Shown here: positions 27,522 to 37,793 of the stretch, in pieces | Layout: each line of letters begins with the position of its first letter | Position numbering within the stretch: the stretch's first letter is position 1 | DNA from: Candidatus Omnitrophota bacterium | GTDB taxonomy: Bacteria; CAIJMQ01 | Reading direction: 5' to 3' | Assembly: GCA_018812925.1 (NCBI GenBank) | Contig: JAHJCU010000005.1 | Location: 145,955 to 209,954, forward strand | DNA length: 64,000 nt | Notes under the pieces: generated by a model | The model's database searches: none | What the model saw: the letters and a program-made list of their open reading frames with translations, nothing else | Told to the model about the DNA's origin: nothing | Made by a program: the position numbers and the translations under genes

Positions 27522-28508
27522 ATGGACGAATTATTATTCAAAACCGAAAAGCAAGAACCGGGAGCTAAAGAAGTTGTTCATATCCCGGTTCTGCTTAAAG
27601 AAATTTTACAATATTTACAGTTGAAAGAGGGCGGAATTTATGTGGATTGCACAATAGGCGAAGGTGGACATTCCCAAAAAATTTTAAAAAATATCGGCGA
27701 AAAAGGTTTCCTTGTGGGGTTGGATAAAGACGCTAAATTGCTGGATATAGCAAAAAAAAGACTTGCAAAAATAAGCAAAAATTTTGCATTGATAAATGAT
27801 GATTTTTTAAACCTTCCTTCCCATCTTAAGATGCTCAAACTTAATAAAGTAGACGGTATCTTATTTGATTTTGGGATTTCTTCGTTTCAGCTCGAAAATT
27901 TTTCAAGAGGATTTTCCTTCAAGAACAACGGGCCTTTGGACATGAGATTTGATTCATCGTCTTTACTAATTTGCGAAGAGTTGATAAACCAAGCCAACTA
28001 TGAAGAACTTTATCAAATCTTGAAGGATTTTGGAGAAGAAAGGCGGGCATCGTTGATAGCCCGAAGGATAATTCAAAAACGCAAAGAAAAAAGAATAAAA
28101 ACCACTTTCGAATTGGCAGAAATAGCTAGCAAAGCTCTTGGCAAGGGTAAAGGAAAAATAGACCCTGCTACAAGAACATTTCAGGCATTTAGAATAGCTG
28201 TGAATAAAGAATTAGAGTCAATAGAAAAAATATTGCCTCAAATTCCTGATTTATTGGCGGATGGAGGCATAGCTTGTGCAATTTCTTATCACTCCCTAGA
28301 GGACAGACTGGTTAAAAGAGCTTTTAAGGCAGCGAAAGAAATGGGAACGATGAAAATTATTACAAAAAAACCGATTAGACCTTTATATGAGGAAATAATC
28401 AAAAATTCCCGCTCGCGTTCTGCGAAATTACGCGTAGCAGAAAAAATAAAATTTGTTAGAAAGTCTGTAAAAGAGATGGAATTTATGCCGTATGAATTGT
28501 CAAATTAA
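27522..28508 (+). CDS. rsmH: 16S rRNA m4C1402 methyltransferase RsmH
   Basis: HIPVLL, DCTIGEGGHS, DFGISSFQL, PLDMR, ISYHSLEDR and SRSAKLR. Confidence 0.97.
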   Translation: MDELLFKTEKQEPGAKEVVHIPVLLKEILQYLQLKEGGIYVDCTIGEGGHSQKILKNIGEKGFLVGLDKDAKLLDIAKKRLAKISKNFALINDDFLNLPSHLKMLKLNKVDGILFDFGISSFQLENFSRGFSFKNNGPLDMRFDSSSLLICEELINQANYEELYQILKDFGEERRASLIARRIIQKRKEKRIKTTFELAEIASKALGKGKGKIDPATRTFQAFRIAVNKELESIEKILPQIPDLLADGGIACAISYHSLEDRLVKRAFKAAKEMGTMKIITKKPIRPLYEEIIKNSRSRSAKLRVAEKIKFVRKSVKEMEFMPYELSN

Positions 28509-28516
28509 AGTAAAAA

Positions 28517-28828
28517 ATGAGAAAAATAACAAAAGGAAAAACAAATCTTAAGGCAAATAGTAAAACTTTTCTTGCGATTTTCTTTGTTTTGGCAATTGCC
28601 CTGTTTATTGTTCACTTGCGTGTTCTTGTAAACAATCTACAATATGAAATTACAGGAAAGAGTAAAACTAGTAAAAAATTATTGAAAGATAGGGAAATTC
28701 TAAAAAAAGAATTGGAATTTTTAAAATCGCCTTCAAGGATAGAAAAAGAGGCTCTGCGTAACGGCATGAATTTTCCTAAAGATTGGCAAATTAGAACAAT
28801 TGATGTTCAAAGCCAATTAGATTCTTAA
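28517..28828 (+). CDS. ftsL: Cell division protein FtsL-like
   Basis: Single TM followed by a coiled coil ending LKSPSRIEKEA..GM; position between rsmH and the PBP gene. Confidence 0.8.
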   Translation: MRKITKGKTNLKANSKTFLAIFFVLAIALFIVHLRVLVNNLQYEITGKSKTSKKLLKDREILKKELEFLKSPSRIEKEALRNGMNFPKDWQIRTIDVQSQLDS

Positions 28829-28833
28829 GAAAA

Positions 28834-28860
28834 TTTATTTCTAACGGGGTTAGAAATAAA
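28834..28860. repeat. Perfect 12-bp hairpin containing the TTTCTAACGGGG motif
   Basis: tttatttctaac-ggg-gttagaaataaa. Confidence 0.75.
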
Positions 28861-28881
28861 AACTTTTACAGACAAAGAAAA

Positions 28882-30594
28882 ATGATCGTAAAAAGAAAGC
28901 TTTACTTTGTTGTTGTTGTTGTCATGTGTACGCTCTTTTTACTTGTTTTAAGGCTAGTGGCTTTACAGATAGTTAACGGAGATAATTTTGTTAGGGATGC
29001 GGAGAATTTACACAGTACCACTATCAAAACGCAAGCCGCTAGAGGAAGGATTTTTGATAGAAACGGCAATCCTTTGGCTTTAAATGTTCCCTCTTATGAA
29101 ATTTTTTGGAGAAGAACTTCCAATGTAATTAATAAAGAAAAATTAAAATATCTTTTCACCCTTTCAGGTCAAGATTGGTCAGACATAGAGAAAAGAATTG
29201 ATGGCGGAGCGAATTTTATATATTTTAATCGCTCTGCCGATGAAGATTTTTTGAACTTGGTCAAGGAAAATTTAACAAGGGGAATAGAGTGGAAAGAGAA
29301 TAAGAATAGAATTTATCCTTGCGGTGAATTGGCTGCTAATATCGTGGGGTTTGTTGGCTCTGACCACGGATTGGAAGGCATTGAAAGAGACTATGAATAT
29401 TATCTCAAAGGAAAATCCGGATTTAAATTGGCACAAAGAGATGCGAAAGGAAATATCCTTTATACATTGGGCGGGAAAGTGGCTGTTCTTGAGCCGGGTT
29501 ATGACATCTATCTTACGATAGATAGAGTTCTCCAACATACTGTAGAAAGAGAACTTGCGGAAATCCAACAAAAATTTGATCCTACATCAATCGTTGCCAT
29601 TATTTTGGAGCCGAAAACCGGCAAGATTCTATCATTGGCGAATTATCCTTCCTATGATCCGAATAGATTCGGAGAATTTCCTACGTCTTCTTTCAGAAAT
29701 AGAGCCATAGCTGACTTTTATGAACCGGGCTCCACATTTAAGATAATCACGGCTTCTGCTGCATTGGAGGAGAAAATAATCGATCCCAAAGACAGGATAT
29801 TTTGTGAGAATGGTAGCTATCAAGTTGCCGGACATACTATTCGTGATGTGCATCCTTACGGGTGGCTGACTTTTAGGGAAGCTTTGTTATATTCTTCGAA
29901 TATAGCTTTCACGAAAATCGGGCAGAAAATGGGAGAAAAAGAATTATACAAGTATCTAAAGAAATTTGGTTTTGGAGAAAAAACGGGGATAGATTTAGAA
30001 GGGGAAGTAAATGGATTGTTGCGGGATGTAACCAAATGGTCAAAACTGTCTATAGGTGCAATTCCTTATGGGCAAGAGATAGGTGTTACGCCTTTACAGA
30101 TAGCTTCTGCGGTAGCTGCCGTAGCTAATGGAGGGGTGCTTGTAAAACCGTTTATAGTGAATGAAATTGCAAACGAAAATGGAGTGATTATTAAGAAAAA
30201 TTCTCCGACTGTAAAAAGGAGGGTAATTTCTAATGATTCCGCAAAGCTTTTAACAAGTTTGCTTGTTGATGTTGTAGAAAATGGAACCGGCAAAGCGGCG
30301 ATTGTTAATGGATACAGCATAGCAGGGAAAACAGGAACTTCCCAAAAATATATTCCCGGGGAGGGATATTCCATGACAAAATATGTATCTTCTTTTATTG
30401 GATATGCTCCTGCCAATGATCCTCAAGTATTGATTTTGGTAGTGGTAGACGAACCAAAAGGCGCTTATTACGGCGGACAAGTGGCTGCTCCCTCATTTAA
30501 AAATATAATGGAGAAAACTTTAAGATATTTGGAAATTCCGCCTGACAAAATTAGTTCAGAAATGGCAGGTTTACAATCAATTGTAAAAAGATAA
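28882..30594 (+). CDS. ftsI: Class B penicillin-binding protein FtsI
   Basis: RGRIFDRNG, RIYP, EPGSTFK (SxxK), SSN and KTGT. Confidence 0.93.
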   Translation: MIVKRKLYFVVVVVMCTLFLLVLRLVALQIVNGDNFVRDAENLHSTTIKTQAARGRIFDRNGNPLALNVPSYEIFWRRTSNVINKEKLKYLFTLSGQDWSDIEKRIDGGANFIYFNRSADEDFLNLVKENLTRGIEWKENKNRIYPCGELAANIVGFVGSDHGLEGIERDYEYYLKGKSGFKLAQRDAKGNILYTLGGKVAVLEPGYDIYLTIDRVLQHTVERELAEIQQKFDPTSIVAIILEPKTGKILSLANYPSYDPNRFGEFPTSSFRNRAIADFYEPGSTFKIITASAALEEKIIDPKDRIFCENGSYQVAGHTIRDVHPYGWLTFREALLYSSNIAFTKIGQKMGEKELYKYLKKFGFGEKTGIDLEGEVNGLLRDVTKWSKLSIGAIPYGQEIGVTPLQIASAVAAVANGGVLVKPFIVNEIANENGVIIKKNSPTVKRRVISNDSAKLLTSLLVDVVENGTGKAAIVNGYSIAGKTGTSQKYIPGEGYSMTKYVSSFIGYAPANDPQVLILVVVDEPKGAYYGGQVAAPSFKNIMEKTLRYLEIPPDKISSEMAGLQSIVKR

Positions 30595-30657
30595 TAATTT
30601 CAAGAATTTGTCGAGAGTTTTATTTGTTACTTCTAACTAACACCAAAGAATAAATTT

Positions 30658-32136
30658 ATGCAACTTAAACAACTTCTAAAAGACATATCCGTAGAAAAAA
30701 TAATAGGTGATAAAGATATCAGTATTAAAGGAATATCCTCTCATTCGGCGGAAGTAAAACAAGGATATGTGTTTGTGGCTTTAAGGGGAAAATCTCGCGA
30801 CGGTCATGATTTTGTGTCGGAAGTAACAAAAAAAGGCGCTGTTGCAGTTGTAATAGATAAGAACTTCAAACTGCCTCTTAACGGCATAACTTATATTTAT
30901 GTTCAAGATACACAGGAAGCTCTTGCTAAAATCGCCGATAATTACTATGGTAGTCCCACAGACCATATGAAAATTATAGGAATTACGGGAACTAACGGAA
31001 AAACTACTGTTTCCTATCTGATTGACAATATTCTCAAATCGCATGGTTTGGTTACAGGAAGAATAGGGACTATTGATTATTGTTGGGGGGGAAGAGTGAT
31101 ACCGTCTTCTCATACAACTCCTCCACCTATTTTTTTGAGTGAAATCTTCAATAAAATGAGGACAGATAAAGTAAAAACCGTAGTGATGGAAGTATCTTCT
31201 CATTCTCTTGTGCAGAAGAGAGTAGATGCGGTTCAATTTGATTCCTGCATTTTTACCAATATCCAAAGAGACCATCTTGATTACCATTCCACGGTTTCAG
31301 ATTATATTTCATCAAAGAGAAGACTAATAGATTTACTTTACTCAAGTAGCAAGCAAAATAAATTTTTAATTATAAACGGCGATGATGAAGTTTTAAAAAG
31401 TTTTCCTATTTCAAATTTGCCGTGTATTTTTTACGGTTTAAATAAAACAAACAATGTTTACGCCTCAGAGATAGAATTTAATTGGAATAGCACAACATTC
31501 AATCTAAATTCACCTTGGCATAAAGGCAAAGTAGAAGTTCCATTGGTCGGTAATTTTAATCTTTATAATGTTCTTGCAGCAATATCTTTTGCCGGCATGG
31601 ATGGTTTGAATATAAATACGGTTATTGAAAGTCTTAAAAATATCAAACAAGTAACAGGACGTTTCCAAGTATTTAAAAAGAACGGAATAACGACAATTGT
31701 GGATTATGCTCATACTCCGGACGCGTTAGAGAAAGTAATTGAAACAGCCAGAAAGCTTACGAATGGGAAATTAATAACGATATTTGGATGTGGCGGAAAC
31801 AGAGACAAAGGCAAAAGACCTATTATGGGAGAAATTTCATCGAAAAAATCGGATTATACTATCATAACTTCCGATAATCCTCGCTCTGAAGACCCCTTAG
31901 AGATAATCAAAGATATAAAAAAAGGAGTTTCAGGCAGTAACTGGTGTATAGAAGCCGATAGAGCAAAAGCTATTGAACAAGGAATTAATATGTTAAACAA
32001 AGGCGATGTTTTACTCGTTGCCGGAAAAGGACATGAGAGTTATCAGGTCCTAAAAGACACTGTTATCCCTTTTAGCGATATAGAGATTGTGAAGAGGCAT
32101 TTTATTTCTAATGATAGTAAAAAAGATTCTAATTAA
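30658..32136 (+). CDS. murE: UDP-MurNAc-tripeptide synthetase MurE (mDAP type)
   Basis: GITGTNGKTT, MEVSSH, DHLDYH, DYAHTPD, DNPR and AGKGHE. Confidence 0.97.
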   Translation: MQLKQLLKDISVEKIIGDKDISIKGISSHSAEVKQGYVFVALRGKSRDGHDFVSEVTKKGAVAVVIDKNFKLPLNGITYIYVQDTQEALAKIADNYYGSPTDHMKIIGITGTNGKTTVSYLIDNILKSHGLVTGRIGTIDYCWGGRVIPSSHTTPPPIFLSEIFNKMRTDKVKTVVMEVSSHSLVQKRVDAVQFDSCIFTNIQRDHLDYHSTVSDYISSKRRLIDLLYSSSKQNKFLIINGDDEVLKSFPISNLPCIFYGLNKTNNVYASEIEFNWNSTTFNLNSPWHKGKVEVPLVGNFNLYNVLAAISFAGMDGLNINTVIESLKNIKQVTGRFQVFKKNGITTIVDYAHTPDALEKVIETARKLTNGKLITIFGCGGNRDKGKRPIMGEISSKKSDYTIITSDNPRSEDPLEIIKDIKKGVSGSNWCIEADRAKAIEQGINMLNKGDVLLVAGKGHESYQVLKDTVIPFSDIEIVKRHFISNDSKKDSN

Positions 32137-32140
32137 TCAC

Positions 32141-33526
32141 ATGAATCTCAAAATTTCTGAAATTCTTAAAGTAACAGGGGGAAGAATATTTCTGACGGGA
32201 TGCAAGCAGGATATTCTTGAGAGCAATATTATAGGCATATCAACTGACTCGAGAAAATTGAAGAAAGGAGAAATGTTTATCGCTCTTAGGGGCGATAAAT
32301 TTGATGGAAATAATTTTGTTTTTGAAGCTATGAAGAAAGGCGCAATTGGAGTAATAATATCTAAAACCGAGGTCCAATCCAAAATTTCTAATTTCCGAAA
32401 ACTTATAACTAATAACCAATTTATCATCCAAGTTTCAGATACTCTAAAAACCCTGGGGGATATTGCAAAGTTTTATAGGAAAAAATTCAATATTCCATTG
32501 ATTGCAATAACGGGTAGTTGCGGTAAGACAACTACAAAAGAAATGACATCTGCATTTCTTTCTACAAAATTTAAGGTTTTAAGAACAAAGAAAAACTATA
32601 ATAACCTTATAGGGTTGCCCCTTACTTTATTTAATATTAACAATAAACATGATGTGGCGGTGGTTGAAATGGGAATGTCGCATACGGGGGAAATTAAAAG
32701 ATTGGCAGAAATAGCCCGACCGGATATTGCGGTTATAACAAATATTGGTAAAGCGCATAGAGGATTTTTTAATTCATTGGAAGATATTGCAAAAGCCAAA
32801 GCCGAAATTTTCAAAATATCCCCGCAACCAAAAATTTCTATATTAAATCGGGACGATAAGTTCTTTTCTTATTTTGTTTCTAAAACAAAAGGGGAAATAA
32901 TTACTTTTGGGATAAATAAAAAAAGCGATTTCCGCGCGGAAAAAATAACTTTTGATTCTTTTGGAAGAGCATCTTTTTTTCTGAACGGTAAGATAAAAAT
33001 AAAAATGCCTTTTCCTGGTAGAGGGAATATATACAATATCCTTACATCGCTTGCTATTGTGTCTTCAATGGGGGTAGAAATAAAACAATCTGTTTCTACC
33101 TTGCCAAAAATCCAATTGCTGTCAGGCAGAACAAATTTTTATAAAGTAAATGGAGTGCATGTTCTGGATGACACTTATAATGCAAATCCTTTGTCTTTTA
33201 TTAATTTACTTGAGATCATTGAGAAGGTTAGAATTAAAGGAAAAAAAATTCTTGTATTAGGAGATATGTTGGAATTGGAAAAAGATGCGCAAAAAGAACA
33301 TATTACAGTGGGAAAATTGATTTCTGATTCTTCTATTGATATTCTAATTGCTGTTGGGACAGAAACCCAACTTACAGCTGAAAATATCTCGGCAAATAAA
33401 AAAGTATGGCATTTTTATGACAAACATGAGGCAGAGAAAAAACTTAAGAGTTTATTAAGTAAAGGGGATTTACTGGCAGTAAAAGGGTCGCGTTCCATGG
33501 GAATGGAGAAATTTTGCCGATTTTAA
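32141..33526 (+). CDS. murF: UDP-MurNAc-pentapeptide synthetase MurF
   Basis: STDSR, ITGSCGKTTTKE, NNLIGLP, DDTYNANP, LGDMLEL and KGSR. Confidence 0.97.
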   Translation: MNLKISEILKVTGGRIFLTGCKQDILESNIIGISTDSRKLKKGEMFIALRGDKFDGNNFVFEAMKKGAIGVIISKTEVQSKISNFRKLITNNQFIIQVSDTLKTLGDIAKFYRKKFNIPLIAITGSCGKTTTKEMTSAFLSTKFKVLRTKKNYNNLIGLPLTLFNINNKHDVAVVEMGMSHTGEIKRLAEIARPDIAVITNIGKAHRGFFNSLEDIAKAKAEIFKISPQPKISILNRDDKFFSYFVSKTKGEIITFGINKKSDFRAEKITFDSFGRASFFLNGKIKIKMPFPGRGNIYNILTSLAIVSSMGVEIKQSVSTLPKIQLLSGRTNFYKVNGVHVLDDTYNANPLSFINLLEIIEKVRIKGKKILVLGDMLELEKDAQKEHITVGKLISDSSIDILIAVGTETQLTAENISANKKVWHFYDKHEAEKKLKSLLSKGDLLAVKGSRSMGMEKFCRF

Positions 33527-33534
33527 AAATTAAG

Positions 33535-33665
33535 ATATATTTGAAAATACAACAGTGGATGTATAGTGGAAATATGATGAAAATACAATAGAAATACGTA
33601 GTATGCAGACAATTTATTTCCATCATATTTCTATGATATTTCAAGGTATTTCATTTATATTTATA
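33535..33665. repeat. Palindromic 11-nt-period element family C, copy 1
   Basis: gtggaaatatg-atgaaaataca-atagaaatacg, then inverted atttccatcat-atttctatgat units; core matches 48295-48403 in reverse orientation. Confidence 0.8.
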
Positions 33666-33681
33666 TAGTGGAGGGATTAAA

Positions 33682-34779
33682 TTGTTTCTTAAATTTTTAA
33701 ATACACTTGTAAATTTATTTTCGGGTTTTAATGTAATCCAGTATATTACTTTTAGGAGCGCTTTTTCAGCAGTTACAGCTTTTTTGCTTGCGGTGTTCTT
33801 AACACCCTTTTTAATTAGAAAATTAAAAAGCAAGAATATTGTGGATATGAACGCGCGGGAATACTGCTCCACTCTCAACGCTTTACATAAAGATAAACAC
33901 GGCACGCCGACTATGGGCGGAATTATCATTATTTTATCTTTTCTGGTTTCTATTTTATTCTGGGGGGATTTGCAAAATCCTTATATCTGGCTTGTCATTA
34001 TTTCAATGTTGGTAATGGGGGCATTGGGATTTGTTGACGATATTTTGAAAATAAAAAACAAAAGCAGTAAAGCTCTATCTATAAGAAGCAAACTAATAAT
34101 TCAAATTTTGCTCGGACTTGTGGTCGGGACATATCTTTATATTTATCCCACCCATCCTGTTTACGGAACTTACTTACAGTTTCCATTTTTCAAAAATTTA
34201 ATCTTTGATATGGGAATATATTATATCCCGTTTGCTGTATGCGTAATTTTAGCAACATCAAATGCGGTGAATGTAACAGACGGTTTAGATGGATTGGCGA
34301 TAGGTTCTCTTATGATATGTATAGGCGCGTATGCGGTTATATCGTATTTGACAGGACATATCGAGTTTGCAAATTATTTACAGATTCTCCCGATTGCAGG
34401 AAGCGGAGAATTGGCAGTTTGTTCTACTGCTTTGGTTGGCGCTTCTTTGGCATTTTTATGGTTTAACACAAAACCTGCCCAAATTTTTATGGGTGATGTC
34501 GGGTCTTTACCGTTAGGTACGGCTATCGGCGTAGTAGCTTTAATAACTAAACAGGAATTATTGCTTTTTCTTATTGGCGGTGTTTTTGTTATGGAAATAC
34601 TGTCGGTAGTAATTCAGATTATATCCTATAAAATCTGGCGTAAAAGAATTTTTAAAATGGCGCCTATACATCATCATTTTGAAAAATTGGGATGGCAGGA
34701 ATCTCAGATTATTGTTCGATTTTGGATTATAGGGATAATACTTGCATTGTTGAGTTTGAGCACGCTTAAATTGAGATGA
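33682..34779 (+). CDS. mraY: Phospho-MurNAc-pentapeptide transferase
   Basis: GTPTMGG, GFVDD, NAVNVTDGLDGL, FMGDVGS and APIHHHFE. Confidence 0.98.
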   Translation: MFLKFLNTLVNLFSGFNVIQYITFRSAFSAVTAFLLAVFLTPFLIRKLKSKNIVDMNAREYCSTLNALHKDKHGTPTMGGIIIILSFLVSILFWGDLQNPYIWLVIISMLVMGALGFVDDILKIKNKSSKALSIRSKLIIQILLGLVVGTYLYIYPTHPVYGTYLQFPFFKNLIFDMGIYYIPFAVCVILATSNAVNVTDGLDGLAIGSLMICIGAYAVISYLTGHIEFANYLQILPIAGSGELAVCSTALVGASLAFLWFNTKPAQIFMGDVGSLPLGTAIGVVALITKQELLLFLIGGVFVMEILSVVIQIISYKIWRKRIFKMAPIHHHFEKLGWQESQIIVRFWIIGIILALLSLSTLKLR

Positions 34780-36149
34780 TTGATTTAAAAGATAAAGAAG
34801 TTTGCGTTCTGGGGTTGGGAGTCAGCGGTTTTGCTGCGTGTAAGCTTTTACTTGCGCAAAAAATCAATGTGAAAATATCGGAAATCAATGATAATCCAAA
34901 TACAAAAGACAAGCTAAAAATACTACAAGATAAGGGGGTTAAGTTCGAAATCGGCAAACACTCAGCGGAATTTATTTTATCTTGTGACTTAATTGTAGTT
35001 TCACCGGGTGTTAGGTTTGACCTGCCTATTTTAAAAAAGGCAAGGCAAAATAAAATACCCGTAATAAGCGAAATCGAACTTGCTTATCAGTTTTGCCCTT
35101 CCAAAATTATTGCGGTTACGGGGACAAACGGTAAAACTACTACCGTAAAACTTATCTCTCATTTGTTAAAGGAAAAGTTCAATGTATATGAAGGCGGCAA
35201 TTTAGATATCCCTTTTGAAGTCCCATTTTCTTCCTTTGTTGAAAAACTTTACGGCGAAGATATAGTTGTTTTGGAAGTAAGCAGTTTCCAGCTTGAAAAC
35301 ATTTTATATTTTGAACCGTTTGTTTCTATAATGCTTAATATTACTACTGACCATCTTAATGTTCATAAAGATATGAATGATTATTTATCTTCCAAAGCTA
35401 AAATTTTTTCCAACCAGAAAGCAGGAGATTTTACGGTTATCAATGCCTCTGACCCATATCTTTTAAAGATGAAAGATATAATACATTCTAATCTTTGCTA
35501 TTTCTCTTTAAATAAAAAGGTTCCTGAAGGAGCGTATATAAATCGGGACGAAATAATATTTTGCAAAGACGAAGAAATAGAAGTGATTTGTAAAAAGGAT
35601 GTTTTCCCTTTACTGGGAGAACATAACTTGGAGAATTGCCTTGCTGCTGTAGTTGCCGCAAGAATTTTAGGATTGAATAAATTCGAAATAGAAAAAGGGT
35701 TAAGAAGTTTCCAAAACATAGAACACCGATTGGAAGAAGTGGGAGAAATAAAAGGCGTTGAATTCATTAACGATTCCAAATCTACGAATGTCGCATGCTT
35801 AGAAAAAGCGCTTCTTACATTTAAAGCGCCTTTGTTTCTCATCTTGGGTGGCATAGACAAAGGCAATGATTATTCTCAGATAGGAACACTTATAAAAGGT
35901 AAAGTGAAATCGATTTTCGCAATTGGTAAAAGTAAAGAAAACATTGCAAAAGTTTTCAAAAACATTGTTGATGTTATCATCAAGGAAACATTGGAAGAAG
36001 CAGTAGAATGCGCGTTAAAAAATGCCAAGTCTGGCGAAAAAATTCTCTTTTCCCCAGCCTGCGCTTCTTTTGATATGTTTAAGGATTATAAAGATAGAGG
36101 CAAACAGTTTAAGAAAATTTTTTCAAGATTGAAAAAAAAATATGAATAA
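34776..36149 (+). CDS. murD: UDP-MurNAc-L-Ala--D-Glu ligase
   Basis: GLGVSG, VSPG, TGTNGKTT, EVSSFQL, NDSKSTN and SPACASFDMF. Confidence 0.97.
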   Translation: MIDLKDKEVCVLGLGVSGFAACKLLLAQKINVKISEINDNPNTKDKLKILQDKGVKFEIGKHSAEFILSCDLIVVSPGVRFDLPILKKARQNKIPVISEIELAYQFCPSKIIAVTGTNGKTTTVKLISHLLKEKFNVYEGGNLDIPFEVPFSSFVEKLYGEDIVVLEVSSFQLENILYFEPFVSIMLNITTDHLNVHKDMNDYLSSKAKIFSNQKAGDFTVINASDPYLLKMKDIIHSNLCYFSLNKKVPEGAYINRDEIIFCKDEEIEVICKKDVFPLLGEHNLENCLAAVVAARILGLNKFEIEKGLRSFQNIEHRLEEVGEIKGVEFINDSKSTNVACLEKALLTFKAPLFLILGGIDKGNDYSQIGTLIKGKVKSIFAIGKSKENIAKVFKNIVDVIIKETLEEAVECALKNAKSGEKILFSPACASFDMFKDYKDRGKQFKKIFSRLKKKYE

Positions 36150-37230
36150 AACAAATTTCATGTTGCTTATGGTGGTTGTTCTGCTTGCTTGTATTGGGCT
36201 TATTATGGTTTATTCTGCTTCTTCAGCATATGCAATGGACAGATTTGGAAGCAGTTATTATTTTTTTCACAGGCAACTTTTATGGCTATTTATTGGTGGG
36301 ATGGGACTAATCTTTACTTATAATTTGCCGTATAAAAAATGGAAAGCTGCAAGCAAGCCATTGATAATTGTTTCAATATTACTATTATTGATGACTATTA
36401 GCCCTTTGGGGCATCAAGCCGGAGGCGCTAAAAGATGGATAGGCTTTGGTGGTTTTCTTCTTCAACCTGCTGAAATCGCGAAACTCTTTTTTGTAATATA
36501 CATAGCGGAGTTCTTATCAAGAAAAAAAGTAAAAGTGAAAAGTTTTTGGCAGGGATTATTCCCGCCTCTTTTGGTTCTTATAGTTTTTGTGGGTATTCTT
36601 TTACTTCAACCGGATTTCGGCACAGCAGTACTCATTGCTGTCCTTACTTTTATTCTTTTCTTTGTGGGAGGAGGCAGTCTTATCTATCTGTTATCACTTT
36701 TTTCCCTTTCCTTGCCGATTGCTTATTATCTTGTATTTAATGTTGGATACAGAAGGGAGAGGGTTATGACTATTTTAAATCCTTACAAGGACCCTCAAGG
36801 CGCAGGTTTCCAACTTATACAATCTATTATTGCTATTGGATCAGGTAGAATTTTTGGTAAAGGGATTGGCGCTTCAAAGCAAAAATTGTTTTTTCTGCCT
36901 TCTTCATATAATGATTTTATTTTCTCCATAATAGCGGAAGAATCGGGGTTTATAGGCGCAACGATTATAATTTTGCTCTTTGTAGTTTTTGTTATTCTCG
37001 GTTTTAGAATCGTTTTAAAAGCAAGAGAAGCAAAAGATGACTTTGCAGTTTTGCTTGCGTTGGGGATTATTCTGCTAATCTCCATACAAGCTTTTATAAA
37101 TATTGGAGTAAGCACGGGGATTCTTCCTACAAAAGGTTTATGTCTTCCCTTTGTATCGTATGGAGGCAGTTCTTTGGCGGTTAACTTGACATCTGTCGGT
37201 ATTCTTCTTAACATTGGAAAGTCTCATTAG
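36142..37230 (+). CDS. ftsW: SEDS peptidoglycan polymerase FtsW
   Basis: MVYSAS, GAKRWI, QPAE, QPDFG, DFIFSIIAEE and PFVSYGGSS. Confidence 0.96.
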   Translation: MNKTNFMLLMVVVLLACIGLIMVYSASSAYAMDRFGSSYYFFHRQLLWLFIGGMGLIFTYNLPYKKWKAASKPLIIVSILLLLMTISPLGHQAGGAKRWIGFGGFLLQPAEIAKLFFVIYIAEFLSRKKVKVKSFWQGLFPPLLVLIVFVGILLLQPDFGTAVLIAVLTFILFFVGGGSLIYLLSLFSLSLPIAYYLVFNVGYRRERVMTILNPYKDPQGAGFQLIQSIIAIGSGRIFGKGIGASKQKLFFLPSSYNDFIFSIIAEESGFIGATIIILLFVVFVILGFRIVLKAREAKDDFAVLLALGIILLISIQAFINIGVSTGILPTKGLCLPFVSYGGSSLAVNLTSVGILLNIGKSH

Positions 37231-37282
37231 TAATATTTTCTATAAATAAATATCTTTATAAAATAAAGAAAGGGAGATTGGC

Positions 37283-37717
37283 ATGAAAAATAAGAAAATA
37301 ACGGACTCGGAAAAAAGAAAATATTTAAGGTTTGATTATCCTTTTTTCATTCGTATAAGGAAGAAAGGGGGAAAAGGGGGACTTAATAGAAAAGAGCAAT
37401 CTGTTATAACGTTCAAAGAATTCAAAGAAAACAATATCAGTATATCCAAGAATATATCCGTAGAAGGAATCTGTTTTACAACAAGCAAGGATTATCCTCT
37501 CAATACTCTTGTGCTTTTGGAAGTTTTTAGCCCCACTAGGAAAGTGCCATTTAACATGTTAGCAAAAATAAGATGGAGAAAAGAAAGAGTTATAAAAAGC
37601 TCTTTAAAGTGCATCTATGATATAGGAGTGGAATTCTTAAAAATAGATGCGGATGGTGAATTCCACGATTTACTTGAACAATTGGTAAACAGCAAATTAG
37701 AAAAGATTCTGTTGTGA
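37283..37717 (+). CDS. PilZ-domain protein
   Basis: EKRKYLR (RxxxR), NISVEG (N/D-x-S-x-x-G) and IGVEF. Confidence 0.88.
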   Translation: MKNKKITDSEKRKYLRFDYPFFIRIRKKGGKGGLNRKEQSVITFKEFKENNISISKNISVEGICFTTSKDYPLNTLVLLEVFSPTRKVPFNMLAKIRWRKERVIKSSLKCIYDIGVEFLKIDADGEFHDLLEQLVNSKLEKILL

Positions 37718-37793
37718 TAAAGTAGAAAGGAAAGATAATTAATATTTGTTTAATTTTTGCTAATTTCTACTATCCAACTATGAAGAGGAATCT

